Shown piece by piece: positions 62,723 to 64,000 of a DNA stretch of 64,000 nucleotides. The notes under the pieces are model-generated. The model was not told the DNA's origin. It made no database searches and saw only the letters and a list, made by a program, of their open reading frames with translations. Source of the DNA: an uncultured Faecalibacterium sp. (lineage in GTDB: Bacteria; Bacillota; Clostridia; Oscillospirales; Ruminococcaceae); the NCBI GenBank assembly GCA_963931455.1, contig OZ007013.1, positions 2,955,457 through 3,019,456 on the forward strand. The letters run 5' to 3'. The stretch's first letter is position 1. Each line of letters starts with the position of its first letter. The position numbers and the translations under genes were made by a program.

Positions 62723-63664
62723 ATGGTACAAGAAGTTGTCCGCCTGCCCCTGGCGGTGGGCGAAGATCTCCGCATCTGCAAAAACCGCGTGGGCAGCGGC
62801 GGCAAGCGCATCTGTATTGTCACCGGCACCCACGGCGACGAGCTGGAGGGCCAGTATGTGGCCTGGCGGCTGAACCGGATACTGGCCAAAAATCCGAACT
62901 ATTTACAGGGCACTGTGGACATCTACCCTGCCATGAATCCCCTGGGCATCAGCACCATGACCCGGGGCATCCCCCTGTGTGATCTGGATATGAACCGCAC
63001 ATTCCCCGGCAGCGAAAACGGCTCCATGTCCGAGTTTGTGGCTGCACGTCTGGTCCAGGATCTGCAGGGGGCAGACGCCTGCGTGGACATCCACGCCAGC
63101 AACATCTATCTGCAGGAAATCCCCCAGGTGCGGGTCAACGTCAACACCGCTGAAAAGCTGGTGCCCATGGCCAAACTGCTCAACATGGACTTCATCTGGG
63201 TCCATGCCGCCGCCACCGTGCTGGAATCCACCCTGGCCCACAGCCTCAACGTCCTGGGCACCCCCACCCTGGTGGTGGAAATGGGGGTGGGCAACCGTCT
63301 GACCCCTGCCTATGGGGATCAGCTGCTGGTGGGTCTGCTCAACCTGATGGTCTCTCTGGGGGTCTGGACCGGGCCGGTCAAGCCGGTCCGGGAACCCATC
63401 GTCAGCACCGACCACCACGTCTCCTTCCTCAACGCCCCCTGCCCCGGCATTTTCATCCCCTCGGTGGAGCACAACGCCCATGTGAAGCAGCGGCAGGAGC
63501 TGGGCCTGATTGCAGATCCCCTCACCGGTGAAATCCGTCACACCATCTACAGCCCGGCCAACGGGCTGCTGTTTACCCTGCGGGAATACCCTGTGGTCTA
63601 TGAGGGCTCTCTGATTGCCCGCATCCTGGATGAATATCCCAGCAGCAAGGAGGAACTGGCATGA
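62723..63664 (+). CDS. M14 metallopeptidase (succinylglutamate desuccinylase/aspartoacylase family)
   Basis: Motifs GTHGDE.EG, D.NR.FPG, VDIH, EMG; C-terminal biotinyl-like domain. Confidence 0.9.
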   Translation: MVQEVVRLPLAVGEDLRICKNRVGSGGKRICIVTGTHGDELEGQYVAWRLNRILAKNPNYLQGTVDIYPAMNPLGISTMTRGIPLCDLDMNRTFPGSENGSMSEFVAARLVQDLQGADACVDIHASNIYLQEIPQVRVNVNTAEKLVPMAKLLNMDFIWVHAAATVLESTLAHSLNVLGTPTLVVEMGVGNRLTPAYGDQLLVGLLNLMVSLGVWTGPVKPVREPIVSTDHHVSFLNAPCPGIFIPSVEHNAHVKQRQELGLIADPLTGEIRHTIYSPANGLLFTLREYPVVYEGSLIARILDEYPSSKEELA

Positions 63665-64000
63665 AAGAAACCACTCTGTTCTCCATTGACACTCCCTACC
63701 GCCCCGCCCTTCCGGTGCGGGCCTGGACCTTTGGCACCGAGGGCAAGAAGAGCCTGGCGGTGATGGGCTCTCTGCGGGGCAACGAAATCCAGCAGATGTA
63801 TATCTGCGGCCGGCTGATCCGGGCCCTGACTGCGGCGGAATCCGCCGGACAGCTGGACCCCGACTGCGGGATCCTGGTGGTCCCCTGCGCCAACCAGTTC
63901 TCCATGAACGTGGGACGCCGGTTCTGGGCCGCCGACAACACCGACATCAATCGGATGTTCCCCGGCTATGACCAGGGCGAGACCACCCAGCGGATCGCCG
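63661..64000 (+). CDS. Second M14-family protein (partial, runs off the window)
   Basis: ATG 63661 overlaps the previous stop; translates MKETTLFS...GSLRGNE...TDINRMFPG. Not in the ORF track. Confidence 0.85.
   Translation, partial: MKETTLFSIDTPYRPALPVRAWTFGTEGKKSLAVMGSLRGNEIQQMYICGRLIRALTAAESAGQLDPDCGILVVPCANQFSMNVGRRFWAADNTDINRMFPGYDQGETTQRIA

Overview
GC-rich (about 60%) chromosomal window from a gut Clostridia; the 16S suggests Oscillospiraceae, near the Faecalibacterium/Subdoligranulum/Fournierella group (judged by eye, not searched). It holds one complete tRNA-less rRNA operon on the minus strand (16S-23S-5S) and translation genes (T-box-pheST, short aspS). Other blocks are a MacAB-type exporter with an SLH protein, a fructose PTS operon with a damaged fruA, a polar amino-acid ABC transporter, asnB, a MoxR-DUF58 operon, sdpRI, an orphan VanRS-like pair, sigI-rsgI, cdr, murD, an orphan oppA, and a truncated circularly permuted ATP-grasp gene followed by two M14 peptidases. 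Mobile DNA comprises three IS3-family elements, an IS5 transposase fragment and a 185-bp MITE-like insert. The strongest leads are mostly non-coding: (1) a ~100-nt insertion in 16S helix 6; (2) a shared ANTAR-like hexaloop-plus-terminator leader on three unlinked nitrogen operons; (3) an identical CCCC-N19-CGTA SigI-type promoter at sigI and at a PepSY gene 36 kb away; (4) a 26-codon leader ORF abutting a terminator upstream of a CorC/CNNM gene; (5) all three IS3 copies inserted in terminator hairpins; (6) a MITE whose removal restores a compact operon junction. No CRISPR, prophage or defence island was seen. All family assignments come from motif recognition; no database search was run.
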